From Opitutales bacterium (GTDB lineage Bacteria > Verrucomicrobiota > Verrucomicrobiia > Opitutales > UBA2987), in the NCBI GenBank assembly GCA_965226885.1, contig CBDDEL010000013.1, positions 128,001 through 192,000 on the forward strand: DNA of 64,000 nucleotides. The letters run 5' to 3'. The translations under genes and the position numbers were made by a program. Below the pieces are notes generated by a model. The model saw nothing but the letters and a program-made list of their open reading frames with translations. It had not been told where the DNA came from and searched no databases. This document shows positions 22,501-33,679 of the stretch, one piece after another. The stretch's first letter is position 1; every line of letters starts with the position of its first letter.

Positions 22501-23633
22501 GCAAATTCGTCATCGCCTGCGGGGGCACGGGAGGGCATTTATCGCCGGGCATATCGGTGGCCGAGCAATTATTGGACAGAGGTCACCATTGCTGGCTGAT
22601 TATCAGCAAAAAACAAGTCGATGCACGATTGATCCTTAATTACGGGCACCTTAATTCTATCCGTGCGCCCGGTTCCGGTTTTTCCCTGCGGCCCATGCTC
22701 TTCGTAAATTTCGCAATTCAACAATTCAAGTTGCTCATTTTCTCCTTCCGCTTCCTGCGCTCCATAAAACCCGATGCCATCATCGCATTTGGAGGCTTCA
22801 TGACCACTGGATTCACAATTTCCGGCTTTATTCTGGGCTGTCCCATTGCCCTGCATGAGGCCAACCGCAAACCCGGAAAAGCCGTTCGCTATCTGCGCGG
22901 CCTGGCCGATCGCCTTTATTTGCCTGAGGGTGTCCTCGTCACCGGCCTGCCGCCGGACGCTATCAAGCATTTCGGCCTGCCATTGCGCAAGGATATCAAT
23001 CCGATATCGAAAAAAGAGGCCCGAAAAAGCCTTAATGTTGAAATTGCCGGGCGGTTGCTGGTGGTGTTTGGGGGAAGCCAGGGAGCCCAAATTCTCAACG
23101 AGTGGGTGATGGAGCGGGCGGAGAGCCTGGCGGCCGAAGGTGTCAATATTTATTGCGTTACCGGATTGGGCAAAGGCGTGCAAAGCGTTTCCGAGTATCA
23201 GCTTCCGGATGGGCGCGTCATCAAGACTTATTTCATTCCTTTTTCCGATTGCATGAGCGCGGTTCTCTCCAGCGCCGACCTGGTTGTTTCCAGGGCCGGC
23301 GCCGGTTCCATTGCCGAACTCGAGCATTGCCGGGCCCCCTCCATACTGGTGCCGTTCCCTTATGCGGCGGACAACCATCAGTTGGCTAACGCCCGGTTTT
23401 TGGAGCAGCACGGCGGGTGCGTCGTCCTCGAGCAAAGCCGCCTCGCAACCTTGCAGGAGGAAGTTCTCGAACTCATTTACAATGACTGGCTGCTGGCGAA
23501 ATTCCGGCAGAACCTGGAGCGTATTGAGAGGGGTGTCTGCTCGAAAAAAATTGCCCAAGATTTGGAAAACCTGGCTGTCAACCTGCTCGGGCCGCAAAGA
23601 CCAAGGCGCCCCAAAATGCAAATGCCCGCATGA
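22497..23633 (+). CDS. murG: Glycosyltransferase MurG
   Basis: GGTGGH, GGSQGA, SRAGA, HQLANA. Confidence 0.94.
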   Translation: MSKFVIACGGTGGHLSPGISVAEQLLDRGHHCWLIISKKQVDARLILNYGHLNSIRAPGSGFSLRPMLFVNFAIQQFKLLIFSFRFLRSIKPDAIIAFGGFMTTGFTISGFILGCPIALHEANRKPGKAVRYLRGLADRLYLPEGVLVTGLPPDAIKHFGLPLRKDINPISKKEARKSLNVEIAGRLLVVFGGSQGAQILNEWVMERAESLAAEGVNIYCVTGLGKGVQSVSEYQLPDGRVIKTYFIPFSDCMSAVLSSADLVVSRAGAGSIAELEHCRAPSILVPFPYAADNHQLANARFLEQHGGCVVLEQSRLATLQEEVLELIYNDWLLAKFRQNLERIERGVCSKKIAQDLENLAVNLLGPQRPRRPKMQMPA

Positions 23634-25966
23634 AAACGAACGAAAATAACATTTTTATGCTTGGAGTTGGCGGTATGGGAATGACCCCGCTGGCGATTTA
23701 CCTACGGCAGATGGGTTGCCCGGTTTGCGGTTTCGATGACCATTTGCGTCCACCCGTTGGCGCCCTGCTGCGGAGTGCCGGGGTGGAGTGGATCGATTGC
23801 CCCGTTCTGCCCGAAAATACGGACAAGGTCGTTTACTCATCCGCCATTTCTGCCCAACACCCGTTATTGATAGATGCCTCCCGGCGCGGACTCCCCATGC
23901 TCCGGCGCGGAGAAATGATGGCCGAGGTTCTCGCTCCAAAGAAAGTTGTCGCGGTGGTGGGAAGTCACGGAAAAACCACCGCCGCGGCCCTCCTGGCGCA
24001 CTCCCTTTTGCGCAACCGATTCCCCTTCGGCTATATAGTGGGCGCACTTTTTGAGGGGGACGATTTGCTCCCCGCTCGTTATTCCAAAAGCGAATGGGTG
24101 GTCGCCGAAATCGATGAAAGCGACGGCACCATAGACCTTTTTCAGCCCGAAATTACGCTCGTTCTCAACCTGGACTGGGACCATGCGGACTTTTACACCA
24201 GCCTCCGCCAATTGGAGGAGACGTTTAAAGCGCTTGTGCAACGAACGAGGAAAGCCCTGTTTCTGCCCGCCAATTGCGAGAAATTGAATCGTTTATCCGC
24301 AAATGTGAGCATCGAGAAAATCCGCTTGGGCCCCGGCGGTGATTATCATTTCAATTTCATGGAAACGGGCAGCGGCTTTTTAAAATTGGGGCTGGGCGGG
24401 CGTTTCTCCGGGCAATCGGAATTGCTTCCGTTGGAAGCCTCTTTTAATGCGGAAAATGCTCTGGCCGCTCTCGCCGTCGGTCACTACCTGACTGCAGGAT
24501 CCCTGCAACCGGGCAGCCTGGAAAATTTCCCCGGAATCCGCAGGCGGCAGAAAAAGCTCTACGACTCCCAGAGATGTGTCGTTTTTGAAGATTACGCCCA
24601 CCATCCGCGGGAAATAGAAGCCATGATTCGGTTTGCCCATGATGTTTATTCGGATCGCAAACTTTGCATTGTATTTCAGCCGCATCGTTTTTCGCGGACG
24701 CTGCGCCTCAAAAAGGAACTGGCTCGTTCCCTTGAAGGAGCTGATGAACTCTTTCTCATGGATGTTTATGCGGCCAGTGAAGCTCCTCTGGTAGGAGGTT
24801 CCAGCGAGGACCTCATCGAATGTTTTGCCGAGGCCGAGGATTTATCCCCTCGGAAAATTTCCTCCTATTCCCGTTTGTCCTCTATTTTGAAGAAAGAAAT
24901 AGAAGAGCCATCCGTAATTCTTTTTCTGGGAGCTGGAAACATCGACCAATGGGCCGGCGCCTTTGTCAGGGAACTCCTTGAAGCTAAAGAACCCAAACTT
25001 GCGGAATTTACGCCCGACCCAATTCATAATAGCAATAGTAATTCCTGGTGGGAAAAATTGCGTTTGGTTGTCGATCCCGAGACCTCGCTATCGACCGGAG
25101 TCTCGCTTGCCGATAAAACGACCCTGCGGGTGGGCGGACCCGCTTTCTTTTACGCCGAACCTGCCGGTGTGGAAGATTTGAGTTTGCTCCTTAAAAGCGC
25201 CGCCATTCGATCTCTACCCGTTTATTTTTTGGGGCGAGGCTCAAACCTGCTCGTGCCCGACGACGGATTCGAGGGCCTTGTTATTCGGCTCAACCATCCT
25301 TCCTGGCGGACCATCGAACTGCTGGAGGGGGGCCGGCTGTGGGTGGGCGGCGGCGCCCGCTTGAAACAAATTTGCGGAGAAGCTTGCCGCCTCGGTTTGG
25401 CCGGGCTTGAGTTTCTGGAGGGAATTCCCGGATCCCTCGGTGGTTCCTTGCGGATGAACGCCGGGGCCATGGGCGGCTGGATTTTCGATGTCGTGGAGGA
25501 AGTCCAGTTCATGACCCTGGATGGCGTTTTGAAAACCCTCCCACGGGAGGAATTTCAGGTGGGTTACAGGGAATGTCGCGAACTTCTCCAAACGGTGGCT
25601 GTCGGGGCCATTTTGCGCACCCGTAACAATGCCTCTAGCGGCTCCATCAGGGCGACCTTGGAAGAGTTTTCACGGAAGCGGAAAAGCTCTCAGCCGAGGG
25701 AACCGAGCGTGGGCTGCATTTTTAAAAATCCAGAGGATTCCTATGCCGGAAGAATCATCGATGAACTCGGTTTGAAAGGTCTTCGCGTGGGAGAGGCGGA
25801 AGTGTCTCAAGTGCACGGAAATTTTATCATCAATCGGGGCGGCGCCACTTGTCTGGACGTGGTCAGCCTGATTCGCAATATCCGCCGGGAAGTGCAAAGG
25901 CGAACCGGCATCGAACTACAGCCCGAGGTCCTCCTCATGGGTAAAAGCTGGGAACAGATTTTATGA
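23630..25966 (+). CDS. murC-murB: Bifunctional MurC-MurB fusion
   Basis: N-terminal MurC (GVGGMGM, GSHGKTT, EIDESDG, DYAHHP, FQPHRF) and C-terminal MurB (TTLRVGG, GRGSNLL, GIPGSLGG..MNAGA, GCIFKNP, HGNFIIN) in one 778-aa ORF. Confidence 0.93.
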   Translation: MKTNENNIFMLGVGGMGMTPLAIYLRQMGCPVCGFDDHLRPPVGALLRSAGVEWIDCPVLPENTDKVVYSSAISAQHPLLIDASRRGLPMLRRGEMMAEVLAPKKVVAVVGSHGKTTAAALLAHSLLRNRFPFGYIVGALFEGDDLLPARYSKSEWVVAEIDESDGTIDLFQPEITLVLNLDWDHADFYTSLRQLEETFKALVQRTRKALFLPANCEKLNRLSANVSIEKIRLGPGGDYHFNFMETGSGFLKLGLGGRFSGQSELLPLEASFNAENALAALAVGHYLTAGSLQPGSLENFPGIRRRQKKLYDSQRCVVFEDYAHHPREIEAMIRFAHDVYSDRKLCIVFQPHRFSRTLRLKKELARSLEGADELFLMDVYAASEAPLVGGSSEDLIECFAEAEDLSPRKISSYSRLSSILKKEIEEPSVILFLGAGNIDQWAGAFVRELLEAKEPKLAEFTPDPIHNSNSNSWWEKLRLVVDPETSLSTGVSLADKTTLRVGGPAFFYAEPAGVEDLSLLLKSAAIRSLPVYFLGRGSNLLVPDDGFEGLVIRLNHPSWRTIELLEGGRLWVGGGARLKQICGEACRLGLAGLEFLEGIPGSLGGSLRMNAGAMGGWIFDVVEEVQFMTLDGVLKTLPREEFQVGYRECRELLQTVAVGAILRTRNNASSGSIRATLEEFSRKRKSSQPREPSVGCIFKNPEDSYAGRIIDELGLKGLRVGEAEVSQVHGNFIINRGGATCLDVVSLIRNIRREVQRRTGIELQPEVLLMGKSWEQIL

Positions 25967-25967
25967 A

Positions 25968-26906
25968 ATGAACGAGGATGTGCGCATAGCCGTTATTTTT
26001 GGCGGGCCCTCCGAAGAGCGCGAGGTTTCACTGGCCACCGGCCAAGCTGTGGCGGATGCTTTACGACATAATTTTGAAGTCGATCTCTTTGCAATTGAAG
26101 ACGACGCGTTACCGGTTGGACTCGATCCGGAACGGCATGTCGTTTTCCCTGCCTTGCACGGCCGGTTTGGGGAAGACGGCGGCATCCAGCAGTTGATGGA
26201 AGAGGCCGGTATCGCTTATGCCGGCACGGGCCCTGAAGGAAGCCGCCTATGTTTTGCCAAAGAAGAAACCAAGGCAAAAGTTGATGCCGCTGGTGTGCGG
26301 GTTGCGCCCGGTGTGTCCTTCACGGTTCCCGGTCCGGTTCCGGCGGCTGAGCGAATTTTGCAGCTGGGTCCTCCCTTCGTTCTCAAACCCGACCGGCAGG
26401 GAAGCAGCATCGATTTGCTCATGATCGACGGAGCGGACGAATTACATGGCATGTTCAGCCGCCTTCAACCCGGCCGATGGCTTTTGGAAAAGAAAATCGA
26501 GGGCCGGGAAATAACGGTTGGCATGCTCCGCAGAAAATCCCTCGGATTGGTCGAAATCCGGCCCCATGAGGGTTCTTACGATTATAGGCACAAATACACC
26601 AAGGGCCTTACCGAATATAATTTTCCGGCCCGGGTGGAGACAGCCGTCGAAATGGAAATCCGCCGGGCGGCAGAAATAGCTTACGCCGTTTGTGGTTGCC
26701 GCGATTTTGCCAGAATCGATTTTATGCTGAATGAGAAAAAAGAGAGTTATTTCCTTGAGATCAACACATTGCCCGGTCTCACTGCCACAAGCTTGCTTCC
26801 CATGAGCGCCTCCTGCGCCGGTTACGATTTTGTCCAACTGGCCCGTGAACTGGTGCTCCCTGCGCGGAAGCGCCATCTGTCCGCCACAGCCACCGTCAAA
26901 TCGTGA
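25968..26906 (+). CDS. ddl: D-alanine--D-alanine ligase
   Basis: GGPSEEREVS, LHGRFGEDG, YDYRHKY, LEINTLPG. Confidence 0.94.
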   Translation: MNEDVRIAVIFGGPSEEREVSLATGQAVADALRHNFEVDLFAIEDDALPVGLDPERHVVFPALHGRFGEDGGIQQLMEEAGIAYAGTGPEGSRLCFAKEETKAKVDAAGVRVAPGVSFTVPGPVPAAERILQLGPPFVLKPDRQGSSIDLLMIDGADELHGMFSRLQPGRWLLEKKIEGREITVGMLRRKSLGLVEIRPHEGSYDYRHKYTKGLTEYNFPARVETAVEMEIRRAAEIAYAVCGCRDFARIDFMLNEKKESYFLEINTLPGLTATSLLPMSASCAGYDFVQLARELVLPARKRHLSATATVKS

Positions 26907-27850
26907 AAAAGTATTCCTCCAAATCCAACCATTCTTCCGCCGCCTCGCGTACCTGGCGTACCATTGAGCAAAAAGGCGGTCGCAAAGCCGTGACTGATTT
27001 GGTCCGCAAGCGCAGACGCCGGGTTTATCTGAAAGCGCCGGCCGCATTTTTAGTGGTTATTCTTTTCATTTCGTCCTTGGCCACGGGAGTTTATTTTTTC
27101 CAGACTCATCGCGACGCGTTCAGGTTTTCGGGTCCTTCCGAACCCCTCAAATTAATTCATTTCGAAACTGACGGGGTGCTCACCCGGGATTGGTTCGCCG
27201 CTGCCGTGCCTATCGCCAGGGGGGCTAAATTAATGGACCTGGACATCCATCGGATCAAGGAAGACATGGAAAATTTCGGGCAGATAAAAGAAACCACCGT
27301 ATCCCGCAAATTTCCCCATGAATTGCATATAAGCGCTAGGGAAAGAGTTCCCGTATTGCGCGCCCGTGTTTCCACGGAAAGAGGAAGCAAACCCCAGGAA
27401 AGACTTATCTCTCGAGAGGGAGTGGTTTATCAAGGTATGGAATACCCGAGATCCCGGCTGGCTCATTTGCCTTATCTCGGAGGGGTTCGTTTTTCCCGCG
27501 GGCCAGAGGGCATAGAACCGGTTGGGAATATACGGGAACTGATTCGTCTTCTCACTTTAACCCGCACTCGTTTTCCGGAGATTTACGATGACTGGAAAGT
27601 GGCTTCCCTGCAACAACCGGGCAATGCCCTCGGAGTGGACCAGGCATTGATAACCATTAAAAGCCGAAACGTTAAGGAGGTTGTCTTTACACCGCCTGAC
27701 TTTGAGTGGCAGTTAGGACAGCTTGAGCAAATTATTGAACATTCCAGCCAGCGAGGTATTCGCGTCATTAAAAGAATCGATCTCTCCCTGGGAGATCAGG
27801 TGGTGGTTCAGGATTTTCCGGACCTGCGGCGAAAAAGGTTCCGCAATTGA
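26903..27850 (+). CDS. ftsQ: Cell division protein FtsQ/DivIB
   Basis: Basic N-terminus, one TM, POTRA-like region ending VSRKFPHELHI..RERVP; syntenic position. Confidence 0.8.
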   Translation: MKKYSSKSNHSSAASRTWRTIEQKGGRKAVTDLVRKRRRRVYLKAPAAFLVVILFISSLATGVYFFQTHRDAFRFSGPSEPLKLIHFETDGVLTRDWFAAAVPIARGAKLMDLDIHRIKEDMENFGQIKETTVSRKFPHELHISARERVPVLRARVSTERGSKPQERLISREGVVYQGMEYPRSRLAHLPYLGGVRFSRGPEGIEPVGNIRELIRLLTLTRTRFPEIYDDWKVASLQQPGNALGVDQALITIKSRNVKEVVFTPPDFEWQLGQLEQIIEHSSQRGIRVIKRIDLSLGDQVVVQDFPDLRRKRFRN

Positions 27851-27876
27851 AGGATGCTTATTAAATTTAAAAACTT

Positions 27877-29085
27877 ATGGCTTATAACAAAGTAATCGCC
27901 GCGGTAGAGATTGGAACTTCCAAAGTGGTTGTGCTGGCCGGGGAAATCATCGGCGGCCGCAGCCTGAACATTATCGGGATGGGTCAATCGACCGCCAGGG
28001 GGGTGAAAAAAGGTGAGATTGTCGATTTTCGGGCTGCCAGCGATTGCACTTGCGCCGCTATCATTTCTGCCGAAAAAAATGCCGGAGTAACGATTGAAGG
28101 CGTTTATCTGGCCCAAAGCGGCCGTCATCTGGAAGGTTTTTTTGACAAGGGGGAAATTTCCGTTAGTTCGCATGATGGCCAGGTGCGGAAATCCGATATC
28201 GACCATGTTGTGGAAAACGCCAAACGTAAAGAAGTGCCTGCCGGGCGTGTTTATATCCACCATATCAGGAACGGTTTTTTTCTTGATGGACGACCGGTGG
28301 ACGACCCCTATCAAATGAAAGGGGACAGGCTTGAGGTGGGCTACTGGCATGTGCATGGAGACGAAAGGAAGGTAACCGACAACATCCACGTTATCAACGG
28401 GTTCGGTCTGCGGGTCGAGGATATGATTGTTTCCGGCATTGCCTCAGGTTCCATGGTCGTGGAAGAGGCGGAAAAAACCAATGGTGCGCTCCTGCTGGAC
28501 ATTGGTTGCGGAACCACCGATTACGTTCTCTATCGTAACGGCGTTATTCAACGCACGGGCGTTATTTGTGTCGGCGGCGCTCATCTGACAAACGATTTAT
28601 CGCTTGGTTTGCGCGTAAATCCCAAACATGCCGAAAACCTCAAACGTGAGTTCGGCAACGCCACCCTCGAACTGGAAGACCCGGCGGAAAAAGTCTGGCT
28701 CATCGGCGACCTCACGATAGGAGACCGGGCCATTCCGAGGAAGGCCATCTGCCAGATTTTGAATGCCCGCATGGAGGAATTGTTCAATATTTTGAAAAAA
28801 GAGCTTGGTTCCTCTATCACCAGTCATGAACTACCAGGAGGCATAGTATTAACCGGTGGCGTTTCCCGTTTGTCCAATTTAGCCGATCTCGCCTCGAAGA
28901 TATTTGAATTGCCGGCCCGCATCGGGGAAAATCCAAGCTGGGTGCGTGAAGATTTGCGTGATCCGGAATACAGCTGTGTGCTCGGGCTGCTTTATTACGG
29001 TCTGACGGCCGAACGTTCGGAAGAGGAGGGTAAACCGAAGGCCGGCATCCTCGGTAAAATGACCCGGTTGTTTAATATATCCTGA
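27877..29085 (+). CDS. ftsA: Cell division protein FtsA
   Basis: EIGTSKV, DIGCGTT, VLTGG and a C-terminal amphipathic helix. Confidence 0.93.
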   Translation: MAYNKVIAAVEIGTSKVVVLAGEIIGGRSLNIIGMGQSTARGVKKGEIVDFRAASDCTCAAIISAEKNAGVTIEGVYLAQSGRHLEGFFDKGEISVSSHDGQVRKSDIDHVVENAKRKEVPAGRVYIHHIRNGFFLDGRPVDDPYQMKGDRLEVGYWHVHGDERKVTDNIHVINGFGLRVEDMIVSGIASGSMVVEEAEKTNGALLLDIGCGTTDYVLYRNGVIQRTGVICVGGAHLTNDLSLGLRVNPKHAENLKREFGNATLELEDPAEKVWLIGDLTIGDRAIPRKAICQILNARMEELFNILKKELGSSITSHELPGGIVLTGGVSRLSNLADLASKIFELPARIGENPSWVREDLRDPEYSCVLGLLYYGLTAERSEEEGKPKAGILGKMTRLFNIS

Positions 29086-29108
29086 AATTCCTGACCGAAA
29101 TATTAAAA

Positions 29109-30395
29109 ATGACGCTTGAAAATCTCTCCATAGCCGAAAATTCGGAGGAAAATATAAGGATCAAAATCATCGGGGTGGGCGGAGCCGGCAATAATGCCGT
29201 GGACCGACTCAAGCTGGATAATTTGAGCAATGTCAACCTCGCCGTGGTCAATACCGACGGGCAGGTATTGGCCCAATCACCACTGGCAGAAAAACTACTC
29301 ATCGGTGGTAAGGTCACCCGTGGCCTGGGTGCTGGAGGCGAGGCCGATCTGGGCCGACAGGCGGCTTTGGAGGATCGCGAAAGTCTGCGTAGGATTGTTG
29401 ATGGAGTGGACCTTGTTTTCCTTCTAGGCGGTCTGGGCGGCGGCACCGGTAGCGGGGCGTTGCCCTTGCTTGCTGAAACTGCGGTCGAGCAAGGCGCTCT
29501 CGTCATCTCTTTTATCACCATGCCTTTCACTCTGGAAGGAGAACGGCGCCTGCGTCAGGCTGAAGAAAGCCTCACGGCTTTGCGTAATAATTGTCATGCC
29601 GTCATAGACCTGCCTAACGATATATTACTTCAGCAAGTCGAGGAAGACGCCACTGTTCTGGAAGCGTTTGCCATTGCCGATGAGTGGATCAACCGCGGAG
29701 TGCGATCCATTTGGGATCTCATCCATAAAACAGGGCTGATCAATATCGACTTTGCCACACTTCGCAAATCCTTCCATCTTCGCGGTGGAAAAACTCTCTT
29801 CGGCTTGGGCCGGGGGGAAGGCGGTGATTATGTCAATAAAGCGATTAACGATCTCATGCTTTGTCCGTTACTGCATACACCCGGTTATGCCCGGCGGACC
29901 GACAATCTTATTGTCAACCTAACCGGTGGCGCCGATCTGACCCTAACCAAAATCAACGAAGTTATAGCTGTCATGGTCGAAAAATTCGGCAGCAAAGAAA
30001 ACACCGTTATCGGGGCCGTTATTGATGAAAGTCTGCAAAACACCCTCGATATCTGCGTCATCGGAATGACCGATGTGGAAAATAATCGTGGTTTCATGAA
30101 AACCTCAACTTCTACCTCGACGGTAACGGCAAAATCCGCATTTGAAAAAAGAAGCCCCGCCGTGATTGGTCAGCCTGCCGTCAACGCTCTTGATGCGCAG
30201 GGCAGGCCGAAGAAAATCCACCAGTCAAAACTCAAACCGCGGAAAAGTAAAAAAGGCAAAGGACAGCCCGAGTTCGAATTTACACGAACGGAAGAGCAGA
30301 GAGGCTATTTCGAAACAACCGAACGCAATCTCTACGATGGCGAAGACCTTGATGTACCTACCTATCTGAGACACGGCATCAAGATTATTCTTTAA
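29109..30395 (+). CDS. ftsZ: Cell division protein FtsZ
   Basis: GVGGAGNN, GGGTGSG tubulin signature, INIDFA, C-terminal DLDVPTYLR. Confidence 0.96.
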   Translation: MTLENLSIAENSEENIRIKIIGVGGAGNNAVDRLKLDNLSNVNLAVVNTDGQVLAQSPLAEKLLIGGKVTRGLGAGGEADLGRQAALEDRESLRRIVDGVDLVFLLGGLGGGTGSGALPLLAETAVEQGALVISFITMPFTLEGERRLRQAEESLTALRNNCHAVIDLPNDILLQQVEEDATVLEAFAIADEWINRGVRSIWDLIHKTGLINIDFATLRKSFHLRGGKTLFGLGRGEGGDYVNKAINDLMLCPLLHTPGYARRTDNLIVNLTGGADLTLTKINEVIAVMVEKFGSKENTVIGAVIDESLQNTLDICVIGMTDVENNRGFMKTSTSTSTVTAKSAFEKRSPAVIGQPAVNALDAQGRPKKIHQSKLKPRKSKKGKGQPEFEFTRTEEQRGYFETTERNLYDGEDLDVPTYLRHGIKIIL

Positions 30396-32099
30396 TCTGT
30401 TCCAACTGTTTGAACCAATCCTCTTTATCCTAACGTATAAATTAACTCGGTCACATTGCCAGCACCGGGAAAAAGAAGGAAGAAGATAACGCAGGTCCTT
30501 CAAAAAAGAATCAGCCCAATCAGGCTCAGGCTGCATAAAATCAATAAAACGGTCAAGGCCCGCCTCTCCTGCTCTGTCAATCTCGAGGGCATAAATTTGA
30601 AGATTAATAAGGGGTTTACCTATTATCTTAAAAAATAGCTAATTTAAGAGTGTTCTGACAATGAAATTCTCCTGAATTAATTTCAGTGTCGCGATTTAAT
30701 TTTCAAATGCAAATGCAAATCAATATATTTTAATTATTAAAACGCTTGCTTATCTTCATAACAGATATTTTATTATGAATTTTAAAAATGCAAAACTATC
30801 AAGATTACCAGAAGTACCTGCAAAGGGGAAAATCCGGCGCCACAACTGCCAATGAGCAAGCAATGAGCAAGCTTGGTGTCGCTATTTTGCCGCCGAAAAA
30901 TATACCGGGAGCGGTTGTATTGTGGAATGGGGGTGTTGGATGGGCTCGCTAACGAGCTCCACCTGTGAAGGATTACCGGAAAACCCTAGGATAGGTAATG
31001 ATCGTTTTTATTATGTCTATGATCTTTTTGAATGAATAAAATTTTTTGATATTATGGCTAAAGACGGCCCTCATAGTGGAAAATTCAAACCGGGAGATTG
31101 TTTCTATTCCTATTTCTGCGACTTAATGAGTTTACACAAAGATTACCTCAATATAATAAAAAGCGATCTTAATAAAGAAAAATGGCATGGAGCCAGAATC
31201 GAGTTAGCCCGGATATTTCATGAAGGGTAAAGTTTGGCTCGTTATTGCTATTGGAGATGGATTTCTTTGTATTTTGAGCAGATCGTCTTGATTTTTAGGT
31301 GTTTTTCAGGGTGTAGAGACACTGCCCCCTTTCCCCCATTGGTTCGGTAGTGCCGGGGGCAGCACCAATGCACCCTTTAGGTTGGCACCAATCGGCGGGC
31401 CGCATGGTTGAAAAGACTGGCCCAAGGATAACTCTCACTTAGGTGAAAGTGAATCGTTCGGGTGTTGCGCACGATGACCGCTCCGATCTTGATTAATTTG
31501 AGCCGCAGGGTGTGGCATTGGGCCCGCGCCCACTTCGTCCCTTTTAAGGCTAACCGGCGCATGGCTTCCATCAAGGTGTAGGCCAGCGCCGACAAGAGCA
31601 ATCGCCACTGATTGGCCCACCATTGATGGGCGCTGGTGCGCTCGCTGAACAATTGCATCTGTTCCTTGATGCGGTTCTCCATTTCACCGCGGCCACAGTA
31701 TACCTTGTCGTAAAGCTCCTGGGGATCGCCCGGCAGGTTCGTCACCACGAAGCGCGGGTTGGACCCCTGTGCGGTGTGTTCGGCTTTATGGATGACCAAC
31801 CGCAGCCATCGCCACGAATCGGCAGCATAGACGAAGTCCTGGAATAACCGTTGTTTTTTACCCCTTAGTTCGAACCATTCTTTGGCCTGCTTTTGCAACT
31901 GCTGGGCGTCTTGCTGCAAGCGTGCATTGCGAGCCATCCCCACGATGTAACTAGAGGCTGTCCCAAAAATATAAAGATTTTATAGTCAACTGGATGACGT
32001 TGGATGACGTTGATAAAAAGAGCCGGAAAGAGCAAGTTTTTGCTCGATCCGGCCAAAAAAGGGTTCTATAATTGAGTTAGCGAAAATCAATATAGCTAG

Positions 32100-33667
32100 C
32101 CCGGATATTTCGTAAAAAAAGTATCGTTGATATGCTTAACTGCTGATATACAGCAGGATAGATCAATAATTAAAGCAATATCAGCGATGACAAAGGGTAA
32201 ACAATTAAAGCTACAGTTGACAAGGGTAAAAGGCCGCCGTGTGCGGGTTGATTTCAAGGGCGGAGAGGTTACTTCGGATGCCGGACTGCTTTTGATCCGG
32301 GAAGTGGATCGGCAGTTGGGCTTGACCGAACGAGCGGCCCGACAGTTAGTGGACAGACGGCAGAAGGGCAAAGTACGCCATGAGGTATTGGGGATGCTGC
32401 GGCAGCGCGTTTACGGGCTGGTGGCGGGCTATGAGGATTTGAACGACTTTGATACCCTGCGCCACGATCCATTGTTAGCAAACGGTAACGGGGCGCATTG
32501 AAACGTTGGCCAGCGCGCCGACTTTGTGTCGTTTTGAAAACGGGCAGGATCGGCGGGCGGCCTTTGCGGTAAACGAGCTGTTGGTCGAACAGTTCATGGG
32601 CTCCTTTGCCGAGGAACCCGAAGAGATCATCCTGGACTTTGACGCCACCGACAATCCGGTGCACGGGCTCCAGGAGGGACGTTTTTTCCACGGTTATTAT
32701 GATCATTACTGTTTTCTGCCGCTATATGTTTTTTGCGGTGATCAGCTGCTGGTGGCCTACCTGCGGCCGAGCAAGATCGATGCCAGCAAGCATGCCGGGG
32801 CCATCCTCAAATTGCTGGTTAAACGGATTCGCCAAAGCTGGCCCCGTACGCGGATTATTTGGCGCGCCGACAGTGGATTTTGTCGAGACCGGATACTCTC
32901 TTGGTGCGACCGCAACGAAGTTAGTTACATCGTGGGGATGGCTCGCAATGCACGCTTGCAGCAAGACGCCCAGCAGTTGCAAAAGCAGGCCAAAGAATGG
33001 TTCGAACTAAGGGGTAAAAAACAACGGTTATTCCAGGACTTCGTCTATGCTGCCGATTCGTGGCGATGGCTGCGGTTGGTCATCCATAAAGCCGAACACA
33101 CCGCACAGGGGTCCAACCCGCGCTTCGTGGTGACGAACCTGCCGGGCGATCCCCAGGAGCTTTACGACAAGGTATACTGTGGCCGCGGTGAAATGGAGAA
33201 CCGAATCAAGGAACAGATGCAATTGTTCAGCGAGCGCACCAGCGCCCATCAATGGTGGGCCAATCAGTGGCGATTGCTCTTGTCGGCGCTGGCCTACACC
33301 TTGATGGAAGCCATGCGCCGGTTAGCCTTAAAAGGGACGAAGTGGGCGCGGGCCCAATGCCACACCCTGCGGCTCAAATTAATCAAGATCGGAGCGGTCA
33401 TCGTGCGCAACACCCGAACGATTCACTTTCACCTAAGTGAGAGTTATCCTTGGGCCAGTCTTTTCAACCATGCGGCCCGCCGATTGGTGCCAACCTAAAG
33501 GGTGCATTGGTGCTGCCCCCGGCACTACCGAACCAATGGGGGAAAGGGGGCAGTGTCTCTACACCCTGAAAAACACCTAAAAATCAAGACGATCTGCTCA
33601 AAATACAAAGAAATCCATCTCCAATAGCAATAACGAGCCAAACTTTACCCTTCATGAAATATCCGGG
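32100..33667 (+). mobile_element. IS1380-family element, copy B (1568 bp)
   Basis: TIRs CCCGGATATTTC / GAAATATCCGGG with a 4-bp CTAG target duplication. Confidence 0.92.
32187..33498 (+). pseudogene. IS1380 transposase, copy B, with +1 frameshift
   Basis: Extra A at ~32477 (TTGTTAGCAA versus TTGTTGCAA in copies A and C) splits the ORF into 32127-32501 and 32506-33498. Confidence 0.85.
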
Positions 33668-33679
33668 CTAGCCCTTTCT

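Noticed and set aside
30400..30790. Riboswitch/ncRNA or ORF 30456-30638 after ftsZ
   Set aside because: No recognisable aptamer consensus or protein motif; the region reads as AT-rich sequence upstream of the methyltransferase pseudogene.
31033..31035. TGA recoded as Trp or Sec (alternative genetic code)
   Set aside because: TGA is used as a normal stop by many genes here, and this gene has other inactivating lesions.
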